The notes beneath the pieces are model-generated. The model ran no database searches. It worked only from the letters and a program-made list of their open reading frames with translations, and was not told where the DNA came from. A stretch of DNA of 63,609 nucleotides, the filler included, from Cladosporium halotolerans (Eukaryota): NCBI RefSeq assembly GCF_011745625.1. It is 42 parts of 42 records of this genome, joined end to end, with 100 filler letters (N's around TTAATTAATTAA, not from the genome) between each part and the next. Parts side by side here need not be neighbours in the genome. Positions count along the whole stretch, not along the records: positions 34,857 to 36,261 come from NW_027191838.1; positions 36,362 to 37,757 come from NW_027191839.1; positions 37,858 to 39,241 come from NW_027191840.1; positions 39,342 to 40,664 come from NW_027191841.1; positions 40,765 to 42,086 come from NW_027191842.1; positions 42,187 to 43,506 come from NW_027191843.1; positions 43,607 to 44,910 come from NW_027191844.1; positions 45,011 to 46,310 come from NW_027191845.1; 34 more parts are not named here. One strand, given 5' to 3'. Made by a program: the position numbers and the translations under genes. Below, piece by piece: positions 34,857 through 47,703 of the stretch. Each line of letters opens with the position of its first letter. Position 1 is the first letter of the stretch.

Positions 34857-34955
34857 TGCAAGGCGACTTTCGTTGTAATGTTAGGTAGCGATTAGGGACG
34901 GCTCATACGGTCTCCGTGCATAGCCTGAATGAAAATCATCATCATCATCATCATC
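34857..34955 (+). mobile_element. 3' end of a LINE/SINE with a (CAT)6 tail, nested upstream of another LINE's endonuclease
   Basis: ...GCATAGCCTGAATGAAAAT(CAT)6 ends about 98 bp into the contig. Short-repeat tails are typical of Tad1-clade elements. Confidence 0.55.
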
Positions 34956-35032
34956 CACGCCGCGTCAAGTGCCAGCGGTGGGGCACAGGTTGCGAGTACA
35001 GCGAGCACGTCGAAGACACCCGGCACCTCATT

Positions 35033-36261
35033 ATGCTAGGAGAATTCAAGGTGCTACACGTGAACATTGGCAAGCGGAAGACGGCGCACTGGAGTCTGTT
35101 CTGCGATGAGAGCTTGGCAGATTTTGACGCTCTCTCAGTGGTTGAACCGTATATCTTCGAAGATCTGGAGGCCGGGGAGCCGGCATTTCCACTGGAGCGT
35201 AACTGGCAGTTGTTCAAGCCAAGTGACAAAGAGGAAGGAGAGGCGCGGTACGCTTACCGAGCGTCCGTGTGGGTGAACAAGAAACACGCTGCGCAACAGA
35301 TCGCTATACCCTCCAGCGATGTGGTGGCGGCGACGATTCCGACGAAGCACGGCGTCACACTCATAGTTTCTGCCTACGATGTGAAGTCCACTGACGGCCA
35401 GGCGGCAAGCGAAGAGCAACTCCGAGCCAAATTGCAGACCGTCAAGGATGCATATGATGAGGTCAAAGCCCTAACCCGGAGCGGTGGAATGGAAACTCGA
35501 GTCGACCTGCTGCTATGTGCTGACTTCAACCGCCACCACGTACTGTGGGGCGGTGCTCAGGCTTGTGGAGAGGTCGGTCGCACTGACGAGGCCGAACCTA
35601 TCATTGACTTCATGCAGGAGAACGCAGTCACTTCACTGCTTCCGTCGGGCACAGTGACCTGGGAGCACTACAACGGGTCTACCTGTTCTACGATAGATCT
35701 TTTGCTCGCAACTGATGGCTTGAGCGGAGCGTGTGAGTACTGCGGAGTTCATCCGATCGATCACGGATCTGATCACAAAGCCATTCGGGCTCACTTTGGG
35801 GTGGACACGACAGAGTATGAGGAGAAACGACGAAAGCGCATGTACGACAAAGCGGACTGGAAGAAGATACGCGAGGAGGTATCGACGAAGATCGCGGATG
35901 ACTCCAGTCTACACGCTCCATCTTCCACGGATGAGCTGGAGGTCGCCGTGACCAGGTTGGAAGCGGCTGTCAACGGGGTCTTGGAAGAGCATGTCGCACG
36001 GGTTCGACCGTCGCCGTATGCCAAGCGATGGTGGACCGACGACCTGAAGACGCTACGGCTTTCGTTAAGCGCAGCACGGAACCGACTGACCACGGTCAGA
36101 CGAAGGGGTGAGGATGTCGCAGAGGCCGCCGCCAGTGTCAAGCTGGTCCGACGTCTATACATGGACAAGATCGAGCAATGCAAAAGAGAGCACTGGTCGG
36201 ACTTCTTAGACAACCGTGATAACATTTGGAAGGCCTATGCATACACGAAGACCAGCCGCAC
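35033..36261 (+). mobile_element. LINE ORF2 N-terminus: APE-type endonuclease
   Basis: Motifs LHVNIGK, VEPY, ADFNRHHVLWGG, STIDLLL, GSDHKAI and AKRWWTDDL. Confidence 0.93.
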
Positions 36262-36362
36262 NNNNNNNNNNNNNNNNNNNNNNNNNNNNNNNNNNNNNNN
36301 NNNNNTTAATTAATTAANNNNNNNNNNNNNNNNNNNNNNNNNNNNNNNNNNNNNNNNNNNNG

Positions 36363-37757
36363 GGGCGAGACAGACAGAACGACAAAGCAACCGGGATAGA
36401 GAAGCACACGGTAACACTGCGCCCGCTGCACCAAAGCAGCCCCAAGAAGCGGAAGGCCGATAATGACGTCGTTCTTTATCTCTCCGATGAAGAATTCGCC
36501 GATGCTTTTGAGAAGATCGCGGAAAAGATCTGGACAAAGCTTGGTTCTCAAAAGGCCACGAACGCACCGGCAGACGAAGCATATCGGCTTCGAGAGGAGG
36601 TGCAGAAAAGCATCAAAGAGGCACAGACGCACTTCACTCAGCTGTTTGGTGATGCTGTAGCCAAAGTACAGGCAGAGGCCGAAAGGCGCGCTGAGGCGAT
36701 GCTTCAGCGCGTCGTGCAGTCCCTCAAGAACGCGCCGCAAGTCACTTGTAATTGCACCACAACCAGCAACACTTACAGCAGACAGCAGGAACCCGGCACG
36801 CAGGGTGTAGCGCCAAACGGTAGAGCACAAGGTGAGGTACAACGGAATCAAGCAACGCAGCAGACATGGAGCAAGATGGTCCAAAAAGCCGCATTATCTG
36901 CGAACGCATGGACCACAGTAGTCAACAGAAACAAAAAGACCAAGAAACATCCGCTGGAGCAAAGGCGGCTCTTGTTCGTTAGAAGCGACTTGGCCCCCGA
37001 GAGTGACCCAAGAGACGTCATGTTCGAGGTCAACAAGGCCCTCGCCAACGCCAAGGCTGATATGACGGTGCGACTGACCAACTTGAGATACTCCAAAAAA
37101 GGCCACCTCTCCGGGCTAGTGAATGAGAACGCATGTGCAGACGACTTGCTCGGATATGGGCCGTTAGTGTTGGCAGCCGCACACAAAGTGGACCCAACGA
37201 TCATCGATGTCGAAAAGACAGAAAGGTGGCGCAAACTGCGAGTACACGGAGTGACGCTTGACCGCTACTTGAAAGAAGGCGGGCTAAGCCTGGCACGAGA
37301 AGAGATTGAGCTGACAGGTGTTCCACTGGCGTACGAACCACACTGGATCAAGAACGACACACTTGCCGAGCGATTCAACAGCGGAGCGATCAAGCAATCC
37401 ACATTGGTGGTGACAGTGAAGAGCAAGCAGGAGAGTGATACTATGCTTGCTAAGGGACTCGTCTTCGGTGGCAAACGCCACGAAGTCGAGAGATTCTGGT
37501 TGCCCGGAGAAGGCGGCATTTGCACGCACTGCTGTGGCCCTGACCATTTTGGCAAATGCATCGAACAAGCCAAATGCTTCGTCTGCGCAGGCGAGCACGA
37601 GGGAGCCAAGCACCTATGTGCCACGACGGGCTGCGGAAAGAAATCAGAACCATGCGATCACGAAGCTGCAAGGTGCGCGAACTGTGGAGGCCAGCATATG
37701 GCCACCTCTCGTCGATGCCCCGAAAGGATGCAGCGAGCCCGGAAGCACAAGGAGAAG
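36363..37757 (+). mobile_element. LINE ORF1 (gag-like) with Cys/His zinc knuckles
   Basis: Open frame across the whole contig, with CTHCCGPDH, CFVCAGEH and CANCGGQH...C. Homologous to 56064..56969. Confidence 0.88.
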
Positions 37758-39347
37758 NNNNNNNNNNNNNNNNNNNNNNNNNNNNNNNNNNNNNNNNNNN
37801 NTTAATTAATTAANNNNNNNNNNNNNNNNNNNNNNNNNNNNNNNNNNNNNNNNNNNNGATCCGGTGGGCAACTTCGGAACCCTTTACGCTTCCCCGATCG
37901 CATCCGCACCATGCGCTACAACAGCACTACGCACTATGCCCTGGCCCAATGACCCAATTTAGCAATCGGTCCCGCATCCTTCGCATTGACCTGAGCCAGG
38001 CTAGCCGCGTTGAGTGAAACCTCCGAAATTGGGCACGTGCTTCCAACTCCGACGCATTTCGCCCGCTCAGGCAAGCGCAACCCTCGTCACCGTGAAGCTT
38101 CCGGCCAGTCTGCCCTGAGAGCGGCGCAGCATTGATGCATCACTGGCATGACGACAGCAAGCCGGGCTTCATCAACCTTTCGAGCTTGGGGGAACCCGGT
38201 CTGACAGCGGACAGACTTCTTTGCTCGCATGTTACCATAGCCCTAGCCGGTAAGTCTAGAGTGGTGCTGCGAGATGGCGAAGCTCCAGGGCCCTGAATAT
38301 GGTAGCTTTCGTGCCAAGTCTGAACAAAGAAGTCGATTCGCCGACCAGTGGTGAGCAAGGCCGAAGCCTGCCGAAAATGCGCTTGGTGCATCGCCAGCGA
38401 GGCCAACGGCGTTGCCAACCAGCGATGGCCAGCTCCACCTGCGAAAAGGTCAAAAGCTGCTTTTCCCAAAGACCGAGGACTTTTTCCAAGTGCCAAGCGG
38501 CCAGAGGCATCAAGGTGGTGCTTTGGACGGGACAGAGGGACCGCGTGTGCGGCAGGCTTAGGCACCCGCGGTGTGGACATCTTAATTTTCCTTCACCTGC
38601 CCTGGTCGTGGCACCGGCGCTCAAAGTGAAGCCGTCCGAAGACGACGCTCCGTCTCGGGGCGCCCGTTCGCCCCGTCGCCGGCGCATCGGCAGACTCGGT
38701 GGGCGTTGGAGTGCCGTTGCAGCATCAAGCCCGACCGGATCCATGGTTGAGCGACCCTGCCAGCCAAAGGCCAAGAAGCGCCTGCGTGGTCGTGTTGCTA
38801 CTCGACAGACGCGTCGACGACGGCGTGCGCTGCAGGCCTTGGTCTGGACAATCCTGATCGTGGCCAGTGAGATTAGGCTTCTGAGGTGTTCTGCCGCGTG
38901 AGCCGCTCGACTTTGGACGCGAAGGTCAACAACGAAGACGAGAGAGACAGGAAGTGGTATGAGAAGAAACACAATGTTGCCAGCGACACCAGAGGGTGTG
39001 CTGCCCGAGTCGTTCCATGTTGGAGTCGGAGTTCAACAGGGGGAAAGGAAGAAACAGAAAGTGGGATGAGAGGAAAAAAGGATGTGGCCAGCGACACTCA
39101 AGGGTGCGTTCACATGGCTTGCTTGACTTACTGTCCTAGCCGCAGCGGTAGCGTCGCGCACGGACGCCCATCCGTTCTGTGGAGAAAACGGATCGGCGTC
39201 CGTGCGCACCAGTGGGGTGGTGGGGAACAGACATTGTGGCTNNNNNNNNNNNNNNNNNNNNNNNNNNNNNNNNNNNNNNNNNNNNTTAATTAATTAANNN
39301 NNNNNNNNNNNNNNNNNNNNNNNNNNNNNNNNNNNNNNNNNGCCGAC

Positions 39348-40664
39348 ATGGATTCCCTCAAAGGCGTGCTGGGGAGACGAGCGAAGGTCATGGAGATGAG
39401 CACAGCAGGGTCCACGAGCAACAGAGGCACTCCGAGCACCTTGGGAAGCAACAGCGAGAAAGCAGGCAACGAGCAAGACCAGATGGACATGCAGCGTCTC
39501 GGAAAGATTCCAACGTTGAGGGTTGGCTGTGACCCGGCACATGTACACAAGCAACATTCCAGCTGACATGCGGCAGAGACACTTCACAGGCATTGCTTTG
39601 GTTGCGTTTGCCTTGATCCGTGAGAGCTTCACACGCAACACCCACAAACCGATATCTTTGCTAACGTCTTCTGTCATAGTGGGGAACACATCCGCGTGGG
39701 CCTACATGAGCATGACCTTCTCTCTGCGGAACGGAGGGACCGCTGGTACCATTTGGATGTTTGTCGTCGCGGAAATCTTTATGTTTTTCGTGGTCATGGT
39801 CAGTCGCGAGGTCCAGGAGCTCAATGTGCACCGTTCAGCTGAAATTTGACACAGTCCATGTCAGAGATGGCCGGCATAGCTCCAACAGCCGGTGGACAGT
39901 ATCGTGAGTTGCGGTTTCGGTTTCTTCCAACCATGGAAACTATCCAGCTGACCGAGAGAAAGATTGGGTTTCCGAGTTTGCGCCGCGAAGGTCAAAAGCT
40001 GTGACGTCCCCATTCCCGTGAACCGAGACTGATGTTAGCGTGCCGCAGATACCAGAAGTTCATGAGCTACATGACAGGTGAGTGGCCAGATAAGATGCTG
40101 ACGGAAACCCATAGCGAAGTGGAGACCTTGGAAGCTGACTGTGAACGTGAAGGATGGTATGCACTGCTCGGCTGGCAGAGTTCCCTTGTGGGTACTGCTT
40201 TGGCCGCCGCCCAGCTGTTCCAAGCCGTGATCGTGCTGTACAACCCGTGGTTTGCATCCAAAGGTACGGGCTGCCGTGCATTCAAACACTGCGTGCTCCA
40301 CACCACTGACTACGGTTTCTGGTATAAGGCTGGATCGGCACTCTGATCACGATCGGTCTCACGTGCCTGGCGACCTTCATCAATGTCTTCCTCTACAGAA
40401 AATTTCCCGTCCTGGAAGGACTTGCGTTGATGTTGTTGTTCGCAGTCTTCATCGCAATGGTGAGCCTCATACTTCAACGTGATACGTGCGCGCACACTGA
40501 CCCGCCCACAGCTGGTCGTCCTCTGGCTCATGGGTGACCGAGGAGGCGCAGCGGTCTTCACAACCTTCTCGAGAAACGGCTGGCCGAGTGACTGGAGAGC
40601 CTGCATGGTGAATATACTGGGTCCGGTCATCACCATCATCGGGGCGGACGCACAGGTTCACATG
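39348..40664 (+). CDS. APC-family amino acid permease (GABA/choline-type), 5' multi-exon fragment
   Basis: Spliced segments SLRNGGTAGTIW, MSEMAGIAPTAGGQY, WVSEFAP, YQKFMSYMTG, WYALLGWQ and GADAQVHM, with several short GT-AG introns. Confidence 0.88.
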
Positions 40665-41187
40665 NNNNNNNNNNNNNNNNNNNNNNNNNNNNNNNNNNNN
40701 NNNNNNNNTTAATTAATTAANNNNNNNNNNNNNNNNNNNNNNNNNNNNNNNNNNNNNNNNNNNNTACTGTGTCAGCAGAAATCCAACAGTCGGACTTCAG
40801 GCATCAGTTGCAGCGGCAGACGTAGCTGCTTCGCAGCACTCGCACATCAGCTCCAACTATATTCCTCGCAATGAGGTGCAGGAGACGGTGGGGAGCGAAC
40901 AGCCCCAACATCGGGTTGCCGCAGTCGCGCTGGATGCAACAACATGTCAACCAGATCTCCGGCAAACACTTACAAGTCACTGGCAACCAAGCGGGCAAGC
41001 GATATGGACGGGCGGAGTAGAAAGCGACGGGTTTCCATGCAATGATACTGAGACCCTGGCCATGAACCAATTTCCTGAGACTGGAATGAACTCTGAGGTC
41101 CAGACAATGGGATCGACAGCAGACATTGGGTGGGAATATGCACCTTGGGAACAGTGGTAGGAAGGTGCTTCTGTGTCCGGTAGCCCC

Positions 41188-41666
41188 TCACGACCTCAAC
41201 CTATAACCAAGTAAAATATCTCCTTTCTCCAAATCGACCATCTTGTACACCGGCAGCGGCTGGCCAACTGTGTTATGTTTTCCCACGAACAATGGCAGCG
41301 CCCATAGGTCACGTGCTATTTCGTTTGTCTTGTCCCTGTCGAGGGAAGCGTCGAGGGTGATGAAGCGAATGGGCCGCCACTCAAATTTGCCGTCTCCGTG
41401 TACATATTTAAACACCTGGAGATACTGTTAGATGATGGTTCCCCGACCGACGAGCATGGAAGACTCACAGTGCCTTCAAATTCTCGCTTAACATCCTTCA
41501 AATCATCTTCATAATCTTCGAGCGCGAACTCGCGAAACCCTTTGTGCACTGCAGATGGTTTATCGTGCTGCAGGTTCTGCCGCAGGTCGCTCCCCGCATC
41601 CCGAGCGATACGGCGAAAATCGACAGATGTGGCGATGCTCTCACGGGATGCCGAAGGATCGGCCAT
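41188..41666 (-). CDS. Small hypothetical protein with one intron
   Basis: ATG at 41666. A GTGAGT donor at 41468 and a CTAAC..AG acceptor join the ORF in frame to 41188..41415. Confidence 0.5.
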
Positions 41667-42186
41667 GATTGTTGCTCTTCGTCAACAGCGCACGGCAAGG
41701 TGGCAACGATCTAGCCTGTGTGGTTTCAGCTGCTGATGAAGGTGAGGGGTCGCGACAACTGGCTCTGGCTCTGCGGCTGGGTTCAGAATGCGCGTGGGGG
41801 TGCCAAGACAGACGTCATATCAGCTCGCTTGTAGTTTTGACTGCGCAACGCTCAAGACAGATACGATTATTCGAGAATGATATACACGTGTTTTTGGGCC
41901 ATTCCCCCCCCCCGACGGACGCCATGATGTGAGTGACTGTTAAGGCTGTAGCGTCAAGCGTGAGATGCCAAAGAGGTACGGTCATGCGGCACGGGCGCGA
42001 GATAGATCAGGGATACGACGTGTCGGCTGTTTTTGAGGAGGACCCATCCAAGCGGCTCCCCTTCCGTGTGTCCACGGCACAAGCAANNNNNNNNNNNNNN
42101 NNNNNNNNNNNNNNNNNNNNNNNNNNNNNNTTAATTAATTAANNNNNNNNNNNNNNNNNNNNNNNNNNNNNNNNNNNNNNNNNNNN

Positions 42187-43506
42187 CATTGCCCACGCGG
42201 GCATTCCACAAGGTTCACCTTTGTCACCCATCCTGTACATCTTCTACAACGCCGGACTGGTCAGGGGTGACATCGATGCCAGCAACGGATCACTTGGTTT
42301 CGTGGACGATTTCACTACGTGGGTCACAACACCATCGGCTATGGAAGGTACGTCTGCAATCCAGCGCGATGTGATCCCGAAGATAGAACAATGGGCGGAA
42401 CAGAGCGGGGCCACCTTCGATCTGGAAAAGACTGCATTCGTCCATTTCGTGCGACCGCGCAGCAAGGTGAATGCAGAGACTAGCCTCAAGTTCCGTGGAG
42501 TTGAGGTCGTGTCGAAGCCCGCCGTCAAACTACTGGGCGTTATACTAGATGCGCATCTGAACATGAGTGCACACTTGGAAAAGGTGACTCTCGCCGCGAC
42601 CAAGAAGTGTCTCGCCATCGGCAGGCTCAGAGAAATGCGGCCGAGGCAAAAGCGCCAACTATTCAACGCAGTGGTGACACCGACCACAGATTATGCGGCG
42701 TCTGTGTGGTTTTACAGAGGGCTCAAAGGCAGCCGGCGTCATTTACGAAGACTGGAACGCGTTCAACGACTGGGAGCGGTCATGATCATCGGTGCTTTCA
42801 GAACAGTCTCCTTCAATGTCTTGCAGGACGAAGCGTGCCTCGAAGCGGTAGAACAGCGCCTTACTCGGAAAGTGGCTAGGCATGCCGTGGACGTCATGAC
42901 GACAAACCAAGGTCACCCGATCCATAAGGTCTTGAGCCTTCAAGAAAAGGGAAGGTATCGCTCGCCCTTGGCACGCACGATCCTCAGATATGGATCTCAG
43001 GCTCAAGAAGACGGCTTGGTCGGCATGAACTCTAGGCTACCGTACACGGTGCAACCATGGACGACTCTCCCTCCCATCGTGGTTCCGCACTCAGCCGAAG
43101 AGGCCATGAAGCGGTACAAAGATAGCTTACGGACACGTAAAGCACTCATGCTTTACCCCGACGCATCTGTACGTAACAAAGTCGCAGGTGTTGCAGTGAC
43201 AGCTGTGGACTTTGGAAGACCTGGCCGCGTGCCAGCACTTGTGTACCAGGCTATAGTAGGATGGGAGCACACATGTTCCGTCACTGCTGCGGAATTGAAA
43301 GGTATTGAGCTCGCTGTGCTTTACGCCAGAAGCTTGGGAAGGCGGTTCACAGTAGTGACGGACAGCCAGGAGTCGATCACGTTGATCAACAAGAACGACC
43401 GCTCAGCCAAGGCAACAGAGGCGGCTGGTGCGGTGCTCAGAGCACTCGGATCTTGTCTGGAAGAGAGGCTGGATTTTGAGATACTCTGGGTACCATCTCA
43501 TAGCGG
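42187..43506 (+). mobile_element. LINE RT C-terminal part and RNase H
   Basis: Motifs GIPQGSPLSP, GFVDD, LLGVILD, IGAFRT, YPDAS, AELKGI, TDSQ and WVPSH. Confidence 0.93.
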
Positions 43507-43606
43507 NNNNNNNNNNNNNNNNNNNNNNNNNNNNNNNNNNNNNNNNNNNNTTAATTAATTAANNNNNNNNNNNNNNNNNNNNNNNNNNNNNNNNNNNNNN
43601 NNNNNN

Positions 43607-43703
43607 TGTTGATGTGTGAGATACAAGTAGTGGAAGCTCCTCGACACCGGGCCCGTCAAGCGTGCCTGAGGTGTGGACGTGCTTGAGGTGGGGAAAGCTT
43701 CTA
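43607..43703 (-). mobile_element. Second copy of the TA|GAAGCTTTCCCC terminus
   Basis: 97-bp identity with 28603..28699. Confidence 0.75.
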
Positions 43704-45017
43704 CGTGAGCTCCCCGAACACCAAAGTCAAGCAATCATCGAATGCAAGCAAAAGGAGCATTTCATTCCTACTCACCAAAAAACTCCAAAGATGCGGTCTT
43801 TAATTTACTTAAGCGACGGAGAGTATCACAGTAGTGCTGATGATGATGGCGAAAACAGATACTATGCTGACCACAGCAAATATTATCTACGTGGAGTTAC
43901 CCACGGTGACCTCGATCACAATGCAGTCAGTCACAATGACGATAATCACGTCAACGATGACCATGTTATGAACGGCAAAGAAATGGTGTTCATGCTTGCG
44001 GGAGATGGCAACTGTCGATGCGTTCGGCCGAGTCTCGTCGCACGATGGGTGGTGTCTCCATCTCTTCCATTTCTGAATAGTGTGGATCACAGGAAAGGAA
44101 AACTCGCCAAGTCTTTGTTTGATGAAAGGACGTAGTCCAAGACAACCAAAGCACGCGACAAGCCTTATTCTCCTGCATGTATGGTGCTTGCGAGCGCGAC
44201 TGTTGTTCACAGCGACGACAGCCACGACAGAGCATGCACGCGCACACGCACGCACCGATCACGAATAACAGTATCCGATCGGATGATCGACATCTTCCGC
44301 AACCTTGGAGTTCGCGACTCGGCTAACTTGATCTTATGGAAAGAGCGATCGGGAGGAAATTTCGGCTGTCTTCGGTGCGACGGTGCGACGTTTGGCGATG
44401 AAATAGCCGTTCGTACGATCACGTCCTCGAACAACAAGCCGATACGTATGTTACACACGGTTCGGCTGAAGTACAATTGCGATGTACATTGTCACTCGGT
44501 TGCATCAACCCAGATCAGACACGGTCAACGTCACCACGCACTGTAGATTCACGTCGAAGGGACTGTTCATAGTGAAATAGTGTAGCATGGTTTCAGCCAT
44601 GTTCCTTTTTTATATTCAAGTATTGCGTTTGACACCGCATGACCATAGCAGCTTGGCTCTCTATCGAGCGGGAGAGAAGTCCTTGCGAATCGAGGAATGA
44701 AGCAAAAAGGCAATGTGATAGCTTTCAAACTAGACGCATGGTATGGGAGAAACCGCGCCGGCAGTGTCTATTTAGGTTACTGAAACCTTATGTAGTGGGT
44801 CTCTCGTACATTTGCTTTCATTCATTACATAGGTAAACGAGATGAAAGAATGGGGGACGCTTTCAGCGATGCTTTGTCAGAACTCGAGTAACGTTATGTC
44901 GACGCGGGGGNNNNNNNNNNNNNNNNNNNNNNNNNNNNNNNNNNNNNNNNNNNNTTAATTAATTAANNNNNNNNNNNNNNNNNNNNNNNNNNNNNNNNNN
45001 NNNNNNNNNNCTGTCAG

Positions 45018-45170
45018 CTCCCAGAACGAAAATGGCCGCGTCGCTTCGACGTGTGGGGTTCGAGTCATCAAATTTTCCATCTCCTTGTTCTCCTCGCGGC
45101 ATGGCTACACCTTCAAGGCTTGACACAGGCGCTCGCTGCCGTGAGTGATATGGGTGGCTTGTGTCAGTGA
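45018..45170 (+). CDS. PAQR/HlyIII last exon, second copy (in frame)
   Basis: After the AG acceptor it reads LPERKWPRRFDVWGSSHQIFH...GGLCQ*. Homologous to 24151..24304. Confidence 0.8.
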   Translation, partial: LPERKWPRRFDVWGSSHQIFHLLVLLAAWLHLQGLTQALAAVSDMGGLCQ

Positions 45171-45448
45171 TGATACATTCACTGGCGATTGTAGTGTCCT
45201 CACACGACCTCAACTATCGATTCCAAGTGGCATATTAGCTTTGCATAGCCTATATATCTTCTTTGTACGAGACATGAAAATTTTGCTGAGAGCGTACATA
45301 TTGCTCCTACCGGATCCATATATCGACTCAAAGAACACATTGAACGTTTCGAAGGCTTGCCTCGCAAACCTTGTTCTGGTTTGCTCCGGGAATGACTAAT
45401 TTACTGCAGCCGCTCCCACAAGCCCCGGTCATCCTTCCTGCATAGACC

Positions 45449-45882
45449 ATGGCGCAGCGCCTCGCACAGTCCCAAAGAACCCAACTGTATGACATGATTC
45501 AATCAAAGTCACTTCGCGATAGGGACATTGCCCACATCGCTTGCTGCAGTATGCGCACCGTTCGCAGAGTCCGCGCCGACATGCAGGTATTTGGCCCACC
45601 ACGTGCGCCCAACCTTACTCGCGGACGGCGTCCCAGTACGCTTCCACATACTTTGGATGCGATGCTCAACCAACTTCTAATCAAACCAAACTTGTACTGT
45701 ATCTCGATGAGATTGTAGATTTGATCTGGGATGAGCTCGAACTCAGAGGTTCCGAAGACAGCATTCGAAGGTCGCTAAAGGCCTGTGGCTGGTCGACAAA
45801 GAAGACGCGGAGGGTAGCGCGCGAAAGAGATGCCGAGTTGCGTGATGCTTGCCTGGAGGAGCTCTCCGAATACAAATCCTAC
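45449..45882 (+). mobile_element. Tc1/mariner (Ant1/IS630-like) transposase N-terminal HTH remnant, frameshifted and truncated
   Basis: MAQRLAQSQ...IAHIACCSMRTVRRVR...GRRPS...KPNLY, then in another frame LDEIVDLIWDE...SIRRSLKACGWSTKKTRRVARERDAELR. The DDE domain is absent. Confidence 0.8.
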
Positions 45883-46151
45883 AGTATTGCGTTAGCGGTG
45901 GGGCTTCTTGTCTGTAGAGCCCCAAGGCGCAGGCCCCGAAGATGGACAGGCAATGAGTCCTTGGCAGTGGCCGACGGTCACTTGCTCTCCGCCATCAGGA
46001 CTTAAATTCACAGGCAAGTCCCCAGCGGCGCTTTCCTGCAACCTCCACAAATCTCCGCATTGCGTCTCAGCCAGGCTCGACCATCCTTACATCTAGGCAC
46101 CTCGATTCGTCAACCAGGCCGCCTCCGATATTGCGAAAAACCGTTTCGACC

Positions 46152-46310
46152 ATGCGACTAATTCTCGTGTTATCCCTTTCTTTCTACTTTTCTCTCTTTA
46201 CCATTGCACGAACCAATCGAAGTAGACTCTGCGTCGATGAGGATGCCGGCTTGCAATGGCTGAGCTCAAGGCTTAGTGAAGACTCGACAATCACATGCCG
46301 GCAGAACCGC
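46152..46310 (+). CDS. Secreted protein, N-terminal fragment
   Basis: MRLILVLSLSFYFSLFTIA looks like a signal peptide. The frame is open to the contig end. Confidence 0.35.
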
Positions 46311-46410
46311 NNNNNNNNNNNNNNNNNNNNNNNNNNNNNNNNNNNNNNNNNNNNTTAATTAATTAANNNNNNNNNNNNNNNNNNNNNNNNNNNNNNNNNN
46401 NNNNNNNNNN

Positions 46411-47703
46411 TGTTCCGTGGAAGACCTCGTGCTTTGTTACTACAGCTCCTTCAAGGTCATTCGGCTGCCGACGGGTTCGCAGATCAACCGGATGCGAGAG
46501 CAAGTCTCGCAGCTGCGCGGGCTGATCGGCCAGTGTTGCGCGAGGTCGTCCGAGGCGAAGGAACGCGCGCGCATCTTGAGCGACGCGGCGGAGCTGGGAA
46601 AGTACCTGCAGAGCGGCTTCGACCACTTCACTTCGCATCTCGACCTCCCTTTCGATTTCAAGCAAGTCTCTCTGGCGCGAAACCCGATCCCCAACGACTT
46701 CGGCGACCACATCCTACAGCTGTGTCTTGCCGTCCAGCGCTCTTGCCGCGAGGACCGGAGTGGACTGCGACGCCTGCTGGAGCGCATGGGGTCTTTCGTA
46801 GCATCCTGCGTCTTGCTGGACTGGGCCAAATATCGAAAGGGGCGTCTGGAGATACTTTGCGCTCCATACGAGGAATTCTTCGCGCGGGCCGTCGACGATT
46901 ACCTGGAGTCCCATGCGCTATGCGCGCACGCGAGCGCCGACGGCACGCGGCGCTGCGTCATGTCGCGGGCTCGTCACGGCGTCAAAGGCCACCAAGATCA
47001 CCGAGGCATCATCGCCTCGACTACCGGCCGCGGCTACGTCTCTCCGGTGGGCCTTGACTTTGCAGACCAGTGGAAGAGGCAGCTCAAGGAGGCCATGTCT
47101 CAGTTGCAGATTGATTTCTTGTACAGGCGGGAGCGCACCGACGCGACGACGTCGGATCGCCGCATCGCCTGGGACCTCCATTCGGAGTCCGTCGACGACT
47201 TCTACGGTGGCCTCGGACCGTCGGTGGCGGCGATACGGAGCCATTCCACGTGCCTGTCGTGCCTGATCGAGAGCCCCCAGTGCGCCTTGCCTTGCGGTCA
47301 TGTGCTGTGCGAGACGTGCGCACGTGCTTGCGGGCGCTCGCGCGAGCTGTCGCTAGTTGTTGACCGATGCCCTCTCCGCTGTGCCAACACTCAATGGGAA
47401 GAGCCTGCGACGTTCAGCTTCAAATCGTCCGAGGCGGGAGCTTGCGCGCTCAGTCTCGACGGCGGGGGTGTACGCGGGATTGTCCAGTTGGAGACGCTCC
47501 GGGCAATCGAACAAGCTCTCGGGCACCACGTGCCTGTGCAAAGGCTCTTCGACCTCATAGTTGGCGCCGGCACAGGCGGCTTGATCGCTTTGTCGCTGAC
47601 AACGGGAGGTCGCTCCATTCAGCAGTGTCTCGACATGTTTTTGGCCACGTGCGATCACGGCTACGCAGCCGAACTCGGCAGCCACGGTGGCCGAGGCGGC
47701 GGC
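46411..47703 (+). CDS. RING-like finger plus patatin-like phospholipase domain protein, internal fragment
   Basis: HSTCLSCL...LPCGHVLCETC...CP, then LSLDGGGVRG and FDLIVGAGTGGLIAL. Confidence 0.88.

Noticed and set aside
34936..34955. His6 tag or vector contamination
   Set aside because: It lies upstream of the real endonuclease start, has no vector context and is better explained as a (CAT)n retroelement tail.
37858..39241. ORFs of 200-238 aa and a loose GCCAGCGACAC repeat
   Set aside because: Arg/Ala-rich translations without motifs on both strands, so no call can be supported.
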